A stretch of DNA of 64,000 nt from Polyangiaceae bacterium (GTDB lineage Bacteria > Myxococcota_A > Polyangia > Polyangiales > Polyangiaceae): assembly GCA_044376115.1 (NCBI GenBank), contig JBILLK010000015.1, positions 32,001 through 96,000 of the forward strand, written 5' to 3'. Of the stretch, positions 27,231 through 36,076 are shown piece after piece. Under the pieces are notes generated by a model. The model saw nothing but the letters and a program-made list of their open reading frames with translations. It made no database searches and had not been told where the DNA came from. How positions within the stretch are numbered: position 1 is the first letter of the stretch; the number at the start of each line of letters is the position of its first letter. Made by a program: the position numbers and the translations under genes.

Positions 27231-28799
27231 ATGTTCCGACGTGACGTCCTTCATTTTGGTGCAGCGGTTGGTGCGGCCACCTTGGCGGCCTGCAACCCCT
27301 CAATCAGTTCGGTCCTGAACTCGCCGCCGCTAGTAGGCGGAGGAGCACCACCGCGAGGGCCCGCACAGATTGTTTACTTCGCGCAGTTCGGCGTGACCGA
27401 GGCCATGATTCGCGAGGCGATATCGACCGCGCTAGCCAAGGGTGGAGACTACGCTGACGTGTTCTTTCAGCATCGTGTTTCCCGCACGATGGCGCTCGAA
27501 GATGGCGAGGTAAACCGCGCGTACGCCTCTGTCGATCTTGGGGTTGGCGTGAGAGTCGTGAAGGGAGACCAGACCGGCTATGGCTATACCGAGGAACTTA
27601 CGGCGGACGCATTGAAGCGGGCCGCAGCGACGGCTGCAGCGATCGCTGACGGTCCTTCGCGAGAGGCGCCGCAGAGCTTCCGCGCAGACCCAGGCACGCA
27701 CGCAGCGTTTCCCTCTCGCTATGCGCTAACGCGCTCGTGGAACGACGTGAAACCCGAGGAGCGGCTTCCCTTTCTGACTCGCCTGAACGAACGCGCCTTC
27801 AAAGCGGACGCCCGGATCAAGAAGGTCACGACGGGCATGTCGGATGAGTTCGGCGCAGTGCTGATCGCCGACTCCAGCGGGCGACTCATTGAAGATACCC
27901 AGCCGATGACGCAGCTCTGGCTCTCATGCGTAGGTGAGCAGAACGGCGTACGCGAGCAAAACTCGTACAACATCGCGGGGCGCGAGGACATCGGGTTCTA
28001 CTCGGAGGAGCGGCTCGACCGCATGGTGCGAGAGGCTATCGCTCGCACCGTCATCCTGTTTGATGCCGTGCAAGCCCCCGCCGGCGAGCTACCGATCGTG
28101 ATGGCAGCAGGGTCCTCTGGGATCTTGCTCCATGAGGCGATCGGACACGGGATGGAGGCCGACTTCAATCGCAAGAACACGTCGATCTTCTCCGACAAGA
28201 TCGGCAAACCTGTTGCTCAACCGTTCGTCAATATCGTTGACGATGGGACGATCGACCGAGCCCGTGGCTCCATCAACGTCGATGATGAAGGCAACATCGC
28301 CGACAAGACGATGCTCGTCGAGGGCGGCACGTTAGCCACCTATCTGCACGACTCGATCTCGGCCAAACATTATGGCGTAAAGCCGACGGGCAGCGGGCGC
28401 AGAGAGAGCTTCCGACACGTGCCGATGCCGCGCATGCGCTCCACCTATATGTTGAATGGGCCGCACAAAAAGGACGAGATCATCGCCAGCGTCAAGAAGG
28501 GTATCTACTGCACGAACTTCTCCAATGGCCAAGTGAAGATCGGCCCCGGCGACTTCACCTTCTATGTCAAGAACGGCTACATGATTGAAGACGGCAAGCT
28601 AACGCGCCCAATCAAGGACGTTAACATCATTGGCAATGGCCCCAAGGTATTGGAGCGCATCGACATGGTGGCCGACGATCTGACGATTGATGAAGGCGGC
28701 TGGACCTGCGGCAAGGACGGTCAGAGCGTCCCCGTAAGTCAAGGTATGCCCACGGTGCGCGTCAGCGCGATCACGGTTGGCGGGAGCAAGAAGTCATGA
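27231..28799 (+). CDS. tldD: TldD metalloprotease with twin-arginine/lipoprotein leader
   Basis: LLHEAIGHGMEAD, DDEG, GSGRRES, PMPRMRST, CGKDGQSVPV; N-terminus MFRRDVL...LAAC. Confidence 0.93.
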   Translation: MFRRDVLHFGAAVGAATLAACNPSISSVLNSPPLVGGGAPPRGPAQIVYFAQFGVTEAMIREAISTALAKGGDYADVFFQHRVSRTMALEDGEVNRAYASVDLGVGVRVVKGDQTGYGYTEELTADALKRAAATAAAIADGPSREAPQSFRADPGTHAAFPSRYALTRSWNDVKPEERLPFLTRLNERAFKADARIKKVTTGMSDEFGAVLIADSSGRLIEDTQPMTQLWLSCVGEQNGVREQNSYNIAGREDIGFYSEERLDRMVREAIARTVILFDAVQAPAGELPIVMAAGSSGILLHEAIGHGMEADFNRKNTSIFSDKIGKPVAQPFVNIVDDGTIDRARGSINVDDEGNIADKTMLVEGGTLATYLHDSISAKHYGVKPTGSGRRESFRHVPMPRMRSTYMLNGPHKKDEIIASVKKGIYCTNFSNGQVKIGPGDFTFYVKNGYMIEDGKLTRPIKDVNIIGNGPKVLERIDMVADDLTIDEGGWTCGKDGQSVPVSQGMPTVRVSAITVGGSKKS

Positions 28800-30118
28800 G
28801 TGAGCTTCTAACGGTTGCGCAGCAGGTGGTTGAGGTAGCGAAGGCTGGCGGCGCCAATGAGGTCATGGCCAGCGCCTACAAGAGTCGCGAAGTAGAGATT
28901 GCCTGGCGGGATGGTCGGGTCGAGAAGGTGAGTGAGGCCACCTCGCGTGGAGTCTCTTTGGCGCTTTACGTGGATGGGCGCTATTCGGTCGTCAGCACGA
29001 GTGATCTTCGGCCGGACGCGCTCAAGGCGTTCGTCAATGAGTCGCTGGGCATGGCACGCACGCTGTCTCCCGATCAGAACAGGACCTTGTGCGATCCAAA
29101 GCTGTACGAAGGGCGCACCACCAAGGACCTCCAATGTGAGGACCCCGATTACGACTCGGTCACGGCTGACAAGCGCCGCGAGCTCGCCAAGGCGCTCGAG
29201 GAAGCGGCGAGATCGGTAAGTGGTAAGGGCGAGATCCTGAGCGTAGAGAGCAGCGTTTCCGATACGAGCTCGGAAGGTGCACGGGTTACCTCGAACGGCT
29301 TCGTCGGTGAGCGGCGCGTCACCAGCTTTAGTGCCTATGCCGCGACGACCGTCAAAGATCCCGACGGAAGGCGCCCTGACGGCTACGATGCGGCTGGGAC
29401 GCGCTACTTCGCAGACCTGCCCAACGCGGAAGCCATTGGCAAGAAGGCCACCGAACGAGCCTTGGCCTGCATCGGCTCGACCAAAATGGACAGCACGGTG
29501 CTGCCCATGATCGTGGAGAACAGAGTCGGGGCCAGGCTGGTTCGCGCCCTGCTGGGGCCGTTGAGTGCACGTAGCTTGCAACAGAAGCAGTCCTTCCTCG
29601 ACGGCAAGATCGGCAAGGAGGTCAGCTCCAAGCTATTGAGCATTACAGATGACCCGTTCGTGACGAGAGGGCTTGGATCTCGTCTATGGGACGGAGAGGG
29701 CATCTCGGCCAAGAAGTTTCCCGTGATTGAGCAGGGGATACTGAAGAGCTACTATATTGATGACTATTACGGTCGAAAGCTGAAGCTCGCTCCGACGACG
29801 GGTAGCTCCTCCAATCTGACGTTCGCCCTAGGAGCGGACGGGCTGGATAAGATCCTAAGTAAAGTGGGTAAGGGCGTTTTGGTGACCGGCTTCCTGGGCG
29901 GCAACTCCAATGGCACCACCGGCGACTACTCATTTGGGATTCAAGGCTTCTTGGTGGACAAGGGAGTGCTGGTCAAACCGATCGGCGAGATGAATATCTC
30001 GGGCAATCAGGCTGAGCTTTGGAAGAAGCTGACCATGGTAGGCAACGACCCGTACCCGTACTCCTCGACCCTCACGCCGACGCTGGTGTTCTCGGACGTT
30101 CAATTCGCGGGGGGCTAG
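28796..30118 (+). CDS. pmbA: TldE/PmbA partner subunit
   Basis: ATGA-coupled to tldD; WDGEG, TTGDYS, EMNISGN; lacks HExxxH as expected for the non-catalytic subunit. Confidence 0.9.
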   Translation: MSELLTVAQQVVEVAKAGGANEVMASAYKSREVEIAWRDGRVEKVSEATSRGVSLALYVDGRYSVVSTSDLRPDALKAFVNESLGMARTLSPDQNRTLCDPKLYEGRTTKDLQCEDPDYDSVTADKRRELAKALEEAARSVSGKGEILSVESSVSDTSSEGARVTSNGFVGERRVTSFSAYAATTVKDPDGRRPDGYDAAGTRYFADLPNAEAIGKKATERALACIGSTKMDSTVLPMIVENRVGARLVRALLGPLSARSLQQKQSFLDGKIGKEVSSKLLSITDDPFVTRGLGSRLWDGEGISAKKFPVIEQGILKSYYIDDYYGRKLKLAPTTGSSSNLTFALGADGLDKILSKVGKGVLVTGFLGGNSNGTTGDYSFGIQGFLVDKGVLVKPIGEMNISGNQAELWKKLTMVGNDPYPYSSTLTPTLVFSDVQFAGG

Positions 30119-30203
30119 TCCAGCTGCGTGCCAGGGTATTCGCTTCGGCTTGACGCCCTTGCAGAGCAGTAGGACGTGCTGATCCGACTTTAGGAGGCTT
30201 CCG

Positions 30204-31325
30204 ATGCGTGCTTCACGAATGCTTGCTCTCACGGTGATCGCTGCTCTGGTGGGGTGTTCTGACGACACCGGGTCGGGCGCAGCCGGTGCTGGCGGGGACA
30301 CCTCCTCGGGCGCTGGGAATCCTGGCTCCGGTGCCGCCACCAGCACTGGCGGCGGCGGGCAAGCTCAAGGCGGAAACGCCGCAGGTGGAGGAGAGGGCGG
30401 CCAGAACCAAGGCGCACAAGGCCCTGGAGGCGGCGGACAAGGGCAAGGCGGCGCAGCCAGCGTCCCCGACCCGAACCTTGACGGGCCTTTCGCGACGATG
30501 GCCGTAAGCGGCTCCACCACCGTGGCGGCCACGGGCAACATGGTTGCAATCTCGGGTTTCGCTCCCAGCTCGGGTGGCCCCTTCCCCGTGGTCGTGATTG
30601 GCCACGGCTTCCAGCTGCCGACGACGCAGTATGAGGGGTATGCGCAACGACTGGCGTCCTTCGGTTATGTCGCGCTGCTGCCTGACTTCCCGACGAGCTT
30701 CTTTGGCATCAGTCATGTTGAGGTGGCTCGGGATATGATTGGTGCGATTGATTGGGCCGCCACCAACGCTAGCGTGAGTTCGCTTGCGGACACGACCAAC
30801 GTTGGGATGACGGGTCACTCCTTGGGTGGCAAGGGCGCCCTGCTCGCCGCAACCTATGATGCCCGGGTCAAGGCGGTGATCGCGCTCGATCCGGTGGACA
30901 GCTCAATGAACTGCAGTCCGGCTGATTGCCCCGACGTGAGCGCGCTCATGCCTTCACTCAACGTGCCCACCGGCTTCCTGGGAGAAACAACCGACGCCTC
31001 CGGCGGGTTTCAGCCCTGCGCCCCGGCCGCAGACAACTTCACGACCTTCTACGCTGGCGCCAACTCCCCCTCGTTCCAGGTGACGGTGAATGGTGCCAAT
31101 CACATGAGCTTCCTCGACGACGTGGCTAGTTGTGGATTCACCTGTAGTTTCTGCAACGCAGCCACAGCCCCCAACGCGGAGGTCAATGGAATGTCCAAGG
31201 CCTATGTGGCAGCGTTCTTCGAGCGCTACCTACGTGACATTGGCGAGTATGATGCGTACCTCACGGGAGACGTAGCCATTGAGCGGTACGTGACGCCCGG
31301 CAAGGCCACCATCGTTTCCAAGTGA
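30204..31325 (+). CDS. Lipoprotein alpha/beta hydrolase (chlorophyllase/cutinase-like)
   Basis: Lipobox LVGC; Gly-rich linker; PVVVIGHGF, GHSLGG nucleophile elbow, LDPVD, ANHMSFLD. Confidence 0.85.
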   Translation: MRASRMLALTVIAALVGCSDDTGSGAAGAGGDTSSGAGNPGSGAATSTGGGGQAQGGNAAGGGEGGQNQGAQGPGGGGQGQGGAASVPDPNLDGPFATMAVSGSTTVAATGNMVAISGFAPSSGGPFPVVVIGHGFQLPTTQYEGYAQRLASFGYVALLPDFPTSFFGISHVEVARDMIGAIDWAATNASVSSLADTTNVGMTGHSLGGKGALLAATYDARVKAVIALDPVDSSMNCSPADCPDVSALMPSLNVPTGFLGETTDASGGFQPCAPAADNFTTFYAGANSPSFQVTVNGANHMSFLDDVASCGFTCSFCNAATAPNAEVNGMSKAYVAAFFERYLRDIGEYDAYLTGDVAIERYVTPGKATIVSK

Positions 31326-31342
31326 AGTAGCGGCTCGCGAGG

Positions 31343-31369
31343 AGCCGAAGGTCGAATGGGCCTTCGGCT
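31343..31369. terminator. Hairpin between convergent genes
   Basis: AGCCGAAGG (31343-31351) / CCTTCGGCT (31361-31369) perfect 9-bp inverted repeat. Confidence 0.6.
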
Positions 31370-31390
31370 ATCTACCTAGGAGGGCACGCG

Positions 31391-32845
31391 TCACGGTTTG
31401 GTGATTGGCTGGAGCAAAGAGCCAGCGAGCTCCCTGAAGGAAACGACTTCAGCTTTGGGGCATTGCGCCTCGGCTCCAGCGTTGCATCCTGCAAGCACGT
31501 ATTCGACCGTGTCCTCTAGCACTTTGAGGTAGCCACCTTCGCTCCACATAGCGAAGTGATGGCCGACGTTGAAGGGCACTCGCTTGCCGGCGATAGCTCC
31601 TGCAATTCCTGTCTTATAGTCTTTAAACATTCGCTCCGGCGTCGCTTCCAGCTGGGCGTAGTTGTAGTCCATTGGGATGGTCAGAACGCCTTGATGCACC
31701 GTGAGCGGGAACTCGAGCACCGACTTGGTTCGGAGCTGATCACGAAAGGCGAAGGGAGGACCTGGGCTCGCCGACTGGCTCGTATCGTATTGGTACGCCC
31801 GCTCGAAGAGCGCCTCGTATAGCTCATTGTTCGCCCCGAGGTATGGGGCGCGGAAGCCTACAATCTTGTAAGGCTTGAGCTTGGGGTGTTTGAAGTTGGG
31901 TTCACCTTTAGCGTCAAAGAGCGTCTGCCCGTCCAGCTCCACTGGGAACGTCGGCACGGGCAAGCACAAGTCTGTATCGCTGCGAAACATCGGTGCTCCA
32001 CAGGCAAAACCGGGTTGGCACTTCTGTTTGAGGTTGCAGGGTTCAGAGCAAATACCTTGGCCCGCGGACGGGAAGACGCAACGCTTGGAAGTGCAGTCGG
32101 CATCGGTGGTACATGCCGCACCGAGTTCTCCCGCCGCAGCGGTACTCAACGCGTCAAAACGAGGAAAGACGAAGCCCTCCCCTTCGCTGTTTGGGATCGG
32201 CTCGAATACAGCTGAGGCCATGATTTGGTGAAAGCGTTCAAACTCATTGAGCCAAGCCGTACGGTCGAAGAAGCGGCCATCGAGGTGCCCTGCGCCATGG
32301 TTGGCGATCTCGTGCCCCTCGTTGATGGCCTGTTGCGCTAAAGCACGTCGGACCAGCACCTCGGCCCGCGACATGGCTTTGCCTACGTCGCTCTTGCCAG
32401 GCGAGGTGGAGAAGAACGCTGCATTGACGAAGTAGGTAAAATGCGGAGCACGCTGGTAGGCGCCGGCCATCCTGCGTGAGAACGCCATCGTGCGCAGCCA
32501 AAGCGAGTAGCGGAGGCTGCCATCGAACGCCGCAGTAAAGTAAAAAGGCCCCTCCTCGAAGGAGTGGAGGGAGGGCTCACGTGGCAGGGTAATGGTGAGT
32601 GGATCGGCGCTTACGCTGGCCGACGCAAGCGGTGAAGCGCTCGAGCTTGGGCCAGCTGAAGCAACGAGCCCAGAACCGACAACCGGGACAGCCGGCGCTT
32701 CCGCAGAGTCTGCTCGGGGGACGTCGGTAGCGGGGGCGGTTTCCCCAGATCCCGGCTCTAGCGTGCTTGGGTGGGGGTCTTCGTTGCAGGCGAGTGTCGC
32801 AAGCACGCTCGCGGCCGCGATTGAACCCCACCCGCGCCGGGCCAC
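31391..32845 (-). CDS. Lipoprotein, polysaccharide-deacetylase (NodB-fold)-like with Cys-rich insertion
   Basis: Lipobox TLAC; AFDG, GHEIANHGAGH, GFRAPYLG, YQYDTS, MDYNY, GHHF motifs. Confidence 0.75.
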   Translation of the reverse strand: MARRGWGSIAAASVLATLACNEDPHPSTLEPGSGETAPATDVPRADSAEAPAVPVVGSGLVASAGPSSSASPLASASVSADPLTITLPREPSLHSFEEGPFYFTAAFDGSLRYSLWLRTMAFSRRMAGAYQRAPHFTYFVNAAFFSTSPGKSDVGKAMSRAEVLVRRALAQQAINEGHEIANHGAGHLDGRFFDRTAWLNEFERFHQIMASAVFEPIPNSEGEGFVFPRFDALSTAAAGELGAACTTDADCTSKRCVFPSAGQGICSEPCNLKQKCQPGFACGAPMFRSDTDLCLPVPTFPVELDGQTLFDAKGEPNFKHPKLKPYKIVGFRAPYLGANNELYEALFERAYQYDTSQSASPGPPFAFRDQLRTKSVLEFPLTVHQGVLTIPMDYNYAQLEATPERMFKDYKTGIAGAIAGKRVPFNVGHHFAMWSEGGYLKVLEDTVEYVLAGCNAGAEAQCPKAEVVSFRELAGSLLQPITKP

Positions 32846-32847
32846 CT

Positions 32848-33243
32848 TCAGTCTGTGCCCTTAGCGGGAACGCCCTTGGCGGGGAGGCCCTTCGCCGCCG
32901 CTTTGGCCTTCTTTTCGGCCTCGCGCTTGGCCTTCTTGGCGTCGTCGGTCGTTGGGAGCTTGATGACCGGCTTCTTCGGGTTGCGCCGGTAAATGAGCAG
33001 CGTCCGTCCGAGCGCCTGAGCAACCGTCGCCGACAACGCGCCGGGGACGCGCTCGGCGATTTCCGCTTTGTCTTCCGGGCACTCGGTTCCAATCCTCAGC
33101 TTGATGAGCTCGTGTCGCGTTAGCGCCTCGTCCAGGGCTTGGGTCGCCTGGTCCGTAAGCCCGTTCTTTCCTAGCTGGACCACGGGATCCAAGTGGTGAC
33201 CGAGAGCGCGCAAGAAACGAATCTGTTTACCTGTGAGTTTCAT
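32848..33243 (-). CDS. yhbY: CRM-domain RNA-binding protein YhbY
   Basis: LTGKQIRFLRALGHHLDPVVQLGKNGLT...HELIK...LGRTLLIYR; Lys/Ala-rich tail. Confidence 0.93.
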   Translation of the reverse strand: MKLTGKQIRFLRALGHHLDPVVQLGKNGLTDQATQALDEALTRHELIKLRIGTECPEDKAEIAERVPGALSATVAQALGRTLLIYRRNPKKPVIKLPTTDDAKKAKREAEKKAKAAAKGLPAKGVPAKGTD

Positions 33244-33770
33244 GAGTCTGCCTTCTGGCGCTTTGGGCCCACCAAACTGCGCAGCTCCGCACGAGCCACT
33301 TCTTCACCCTTTTGGTTCCACATCTGTACGGGCACGATGTACTCGGCGCGTTCGCTCGAGTGGGGAACCGGACATTCACTGGTTGCTCGAATCTTGCCGC
33401 GAGACTTTTTCAGGTACTCGATGCTGAGCCCAGAGACGATGAACCGACCGTCGGGTGGCAAGGAATAGGCGAGCGCAACGTTGCCTGTGAGTTCAGCGAG
33501 GTTGACCAACGCAACCGCATGCACGCTCGAGAGGTGGTTGCGCAGACTTGGACGGTCGTGCATTTCCACTTCGGCATAGCCGGTGCGCAACGTGGTCACC
33601 TTCGCGTCAATGGTGCCGGTGTAGGGGGCAGCCATCCCGATCGCACGACTGAAGAGCCCCTTGCCGAACGGCAACGGAGCCAGCCGATCCCAAAGCTCGC
33701 GAATGACGTTGCGGTCACTCTCAGCGATGGATTTGGGCGAAAGGTAGGAAAGCGGGCCCCAGGCGGACAT
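33240..33770 (-). CDS. Hotdog-fold thioesterase (PaaI/DUF4442-like)
   Basis: APYTGTI..., NHLSSVHAVALVNLAE, IEYLKKSRG. Confidence 0.8.
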   Translation of the reverse strand: MSAWGPLSYLSPKSIAESDRNVIRELWDRLAPLPFGKGLFSRAIGMAAPYTGTIDAKVTTLRTGYAEVEMHDRPSLRNHLSSVHAVALVNLAELTGNVALAYSLPPDGRFIVSGLSIEYLKKSRGKIRATSECPVPHSSERAEYIVPVQMWNQKGEEVARAELRSLVGPKRQKADS

Positions 33771-33821
33771 GGGGGCCTAATTGCATGAGCGCCACGAGCC
33801 GTCCATGAAATCCCTTGTTGT

Positions 33822-34772
33822 GTGTGGTACTCAGGCCAAGTGGCCGATCGCGAGGCATTGACGACACGACTTGCGCACTCTCTCGCGAGTGTCATTCGAG
33901 GCAAGCCGCGTGCGCTCGAGCTTTTGATCATTGGGGCGCTCGCGGAGGGGCATGTCCTCATCGAGGATGTTCCCGGCGTTGGAAAAACTACGCTCGCCAA
34001 GGCGTTTGCTCGCTCGCTCGAGCTCAGCTTCTCGCGGATTCAGTTTACGCCCGATCTACTGCCCACAGACATCATCGGCGCGCAGACGTTGGGACCGGAT
34101 GGGCAACTTCAGTTTCAGAAGGGGCCTGTTTTCACCCAGGTGCTCCTGGCTGACGAAATCAACCGAGCATCCCCTCGCACGCAATCAGCTTTGTTGGAGG
34201 CGATGAGCGAACGGCAGGTCACGGTTGATGGCCGTACCTATTCGTTTCCTGGGCCGTTCATCGTGCTTGCGACACAGAACCCGCTCGATTTTCAAGGCAC
34301 CTATCCGCTCCCTGAAGCGCAGCTCGACCGCTTCACGCTGCGCCTGGCGATGGGTTACCCAAGCGAAGAAGACGAGCTTGAGATGCTCGTACGCGAAGGC
34401 AGCGGGTTTCCACTGGGAGAGGTGAAGCCTGTCGCGAGCGAAGCCGAGTTTGCCGAGGTGCGGCAGCAGGTCCGTCAGGTACGCGTAGAGCCACGTGTAC
34501 TGCTCTACCTACGGCGACTCGTGGCGCAGACGCGGAACAACGACAACGTTGCCCTGGGCGTAAGCCCGCGCGGGGCCATCACGCTCTACCGCGCGTGCCA
34601 AGCGCGAGCGTTCGTTCACTCGCGGGATTTCGTGACGCCAGACGATATTCAGGACCTTGCCTATGCGGTTTTGGGCCATCGCTTGATGCTCACCGAGCGA
34701 GCGCGCTACGGCGGAATCAGCACGGACACGGTCATCACCACGCTGCTGAAAGAGGTTCCCGTTCCCAGATGA
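33822..34772 (+). CDS. MoxR-family AAA+ ATPase (MoxR-proper type)
   Basis: HVLIEDVPGVGKT, RIQFTPDLLPTD, LADEINRASPRTQSALLEAM, ATQNP..GTYPLPEAQLDRF; start may be GTG 33840. Confidence 0.95.
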   Translation: MWYSGQVADREALTTRLAHSLASVIRGKPRALELLIIGALAEGHVLIEDVPGVGKTTLAKAFARSLELSFSRIQFTPDLLPTDIIGAQTLGPDGQLQFQKGPVFTQVLLADEINRASPRTQSALLEAMSERQVTVDGRTYSFPGPFIVLATQNPLDFQGTYPLPEAQLDRFTLRLAMGYPSEEDELEMLVREGSGFPLGEVKPVASEAEFAEVRQQVRQVRVEPRVLLYLRRLVAQTRNNDNVALGVSPRGAITLYRACQARAFVHSRDFVTPDDIQDLAYAVLGHRLMLTERARYGGISTDTVITTLLKEVPVPR

Positions 34773-36076
34773 AACGCACGGCGTGGATGCGCATGCGGGA
34801 CATTCTTAGCTCCAAACGGGAGCTCGCTCGGCTCAACCACATTCTAATTCCTGCAACCAAAGCCGAGCGCGATCGCTATCGGCAGAGCAAGTTCGCCGTG
34901 CTGGTCCGACCTTGGATGTCCGGCATATCCGCGTTGAGCCGCGAGGGCCGAGCAGTATTCCTGCTCACGCTATTGATCGGATTTGCCGGCCTCGACGTTG
35001 CTCGCAGTCAGATTCATTTGCTGTTTGCGATGCTCGTGGGGCTGATCTTCGTATCGCTGATCACCCGACCGCTCTTTCGGGCGCGGACGTTGGTGGTCAA
35101 GGTGGAGGTCCCACGGCGCGTGACGATGGACGCGATTCAGCGATTCACGGTGCATCTCTCCAATCAGGGCACCCGCACTTTGGCAGGCATTCGCCTACTG
35201 ACACCGTTTCTTCCTTGGGACGGCCGATGGCAACAAGCCTCCGCTGGCGTAGCGGTGATTGAACCAGGACGAGAGGCGGTCCTCACGGCGGAAGCCACCT
35301 TCATGGCGCGAGGCGAACACCACATCGATCCGTTCGAGGCGGCGCTGCTCGTCCCCATGGGGCTGGCGCTCGGCCCACGGCGAGCGAGTGAGGCCCCCCA
35401 TTTCGTGGTTGTTCCAAGGTTTGCCACGGTGGTTGCAGTCAAAGCCCCGGCGATCGCGCCCAGGGCCAACGGAAAACAACTACCGTCTCTGGCCCGCGGC
35501 GACGCTGAGTTCGGCGGAGTGAGGCCGTACCGAGTTGGGGACTCTTTGCGACACCTGCACGCCCGCACGTGGGCGAGAACGGGCAAGCCACACGTGAAGA
35601 CCTTCCTTGCGGAGCGCAACGACAAGCTCGGGCTGTTCATCCTCACTGACGGTCTGGACGCCTCGAAAGACGCGAAAGAAGCGACTTTGATGCTGGCGGC
35701 CGGGGTCGCTCGTCACCTACTCGAGGCCGGTGATGCCTTGGAACGGTTGCTGATCGGACGCGAGGTGCTGAGGCTCAACCGCTCAGCAGGCCGGGCATGT
35801 TTGGATGTGATCATGGATCGGCTGGGCCTGCTCAACTTCAGCGACGAGCCGCTCCCCGACAGCGTCGTGGTGGACGGCGCATCCGGGCTTTCTTCACTGC
35901 TTGTGATTGCGTGCGACGCAGACCAGCGCCGAAGTACGGTGCTCAATGAGCTGCGTAATAGCGGACTTCCGGTGAGGGCGATCCTTGTGACTTCGGACGG
36001 GGAAACGAGGGTCAGCGACGTTGAGTCCTTCGTTCCGATGAGTGGGATCGTGCAAGGGGCGGAGATCCGGTGTTGA
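34769..36076 (+). CDS. DUF58-family membrane protein
   Basis: Two N-terminal TMs; EFGGVRPYRVGDSLRHLHARTWAR motif; ATGA-coupled to MoxR. Confidence 0.85.
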   Translation: MKRTAWMRMRDILSSKRELARLNHILIPATKAERDRYRQSKFAVLVRPWMSGISALSREGRAVFLLTLLIGFAGLDVARSQIHLLFAMLVGLIFVSLITRPLFRARTLVVKVEVPRRVTMDAIQRFTVHLSNQGTRTLAGIRLLTPFLPWDGRWQQASAGVAVIEPGREAVLTAEATFMARGEHHIDPFEAALLVPMGLALGPRRASEAPHFVVVPRFATVVAVKAPAIAPRANGKQLPSLARGDAEFGGVRPYRVGDSLRHLHARTWARTGKPHVKTFLAERNDKLGLFILTDGLDASKDAKEATLMLAAGVARHLLEAGDALERLLIGREVLRLNRSAGRACLDVIMDRLGLLNFSDEPLPDSVVVDGASGLSSLLVIACDADQRRSTVLNELRNSGLPVRAILVTSDGETRVSDVESFVPMSGIVQGAEIRC

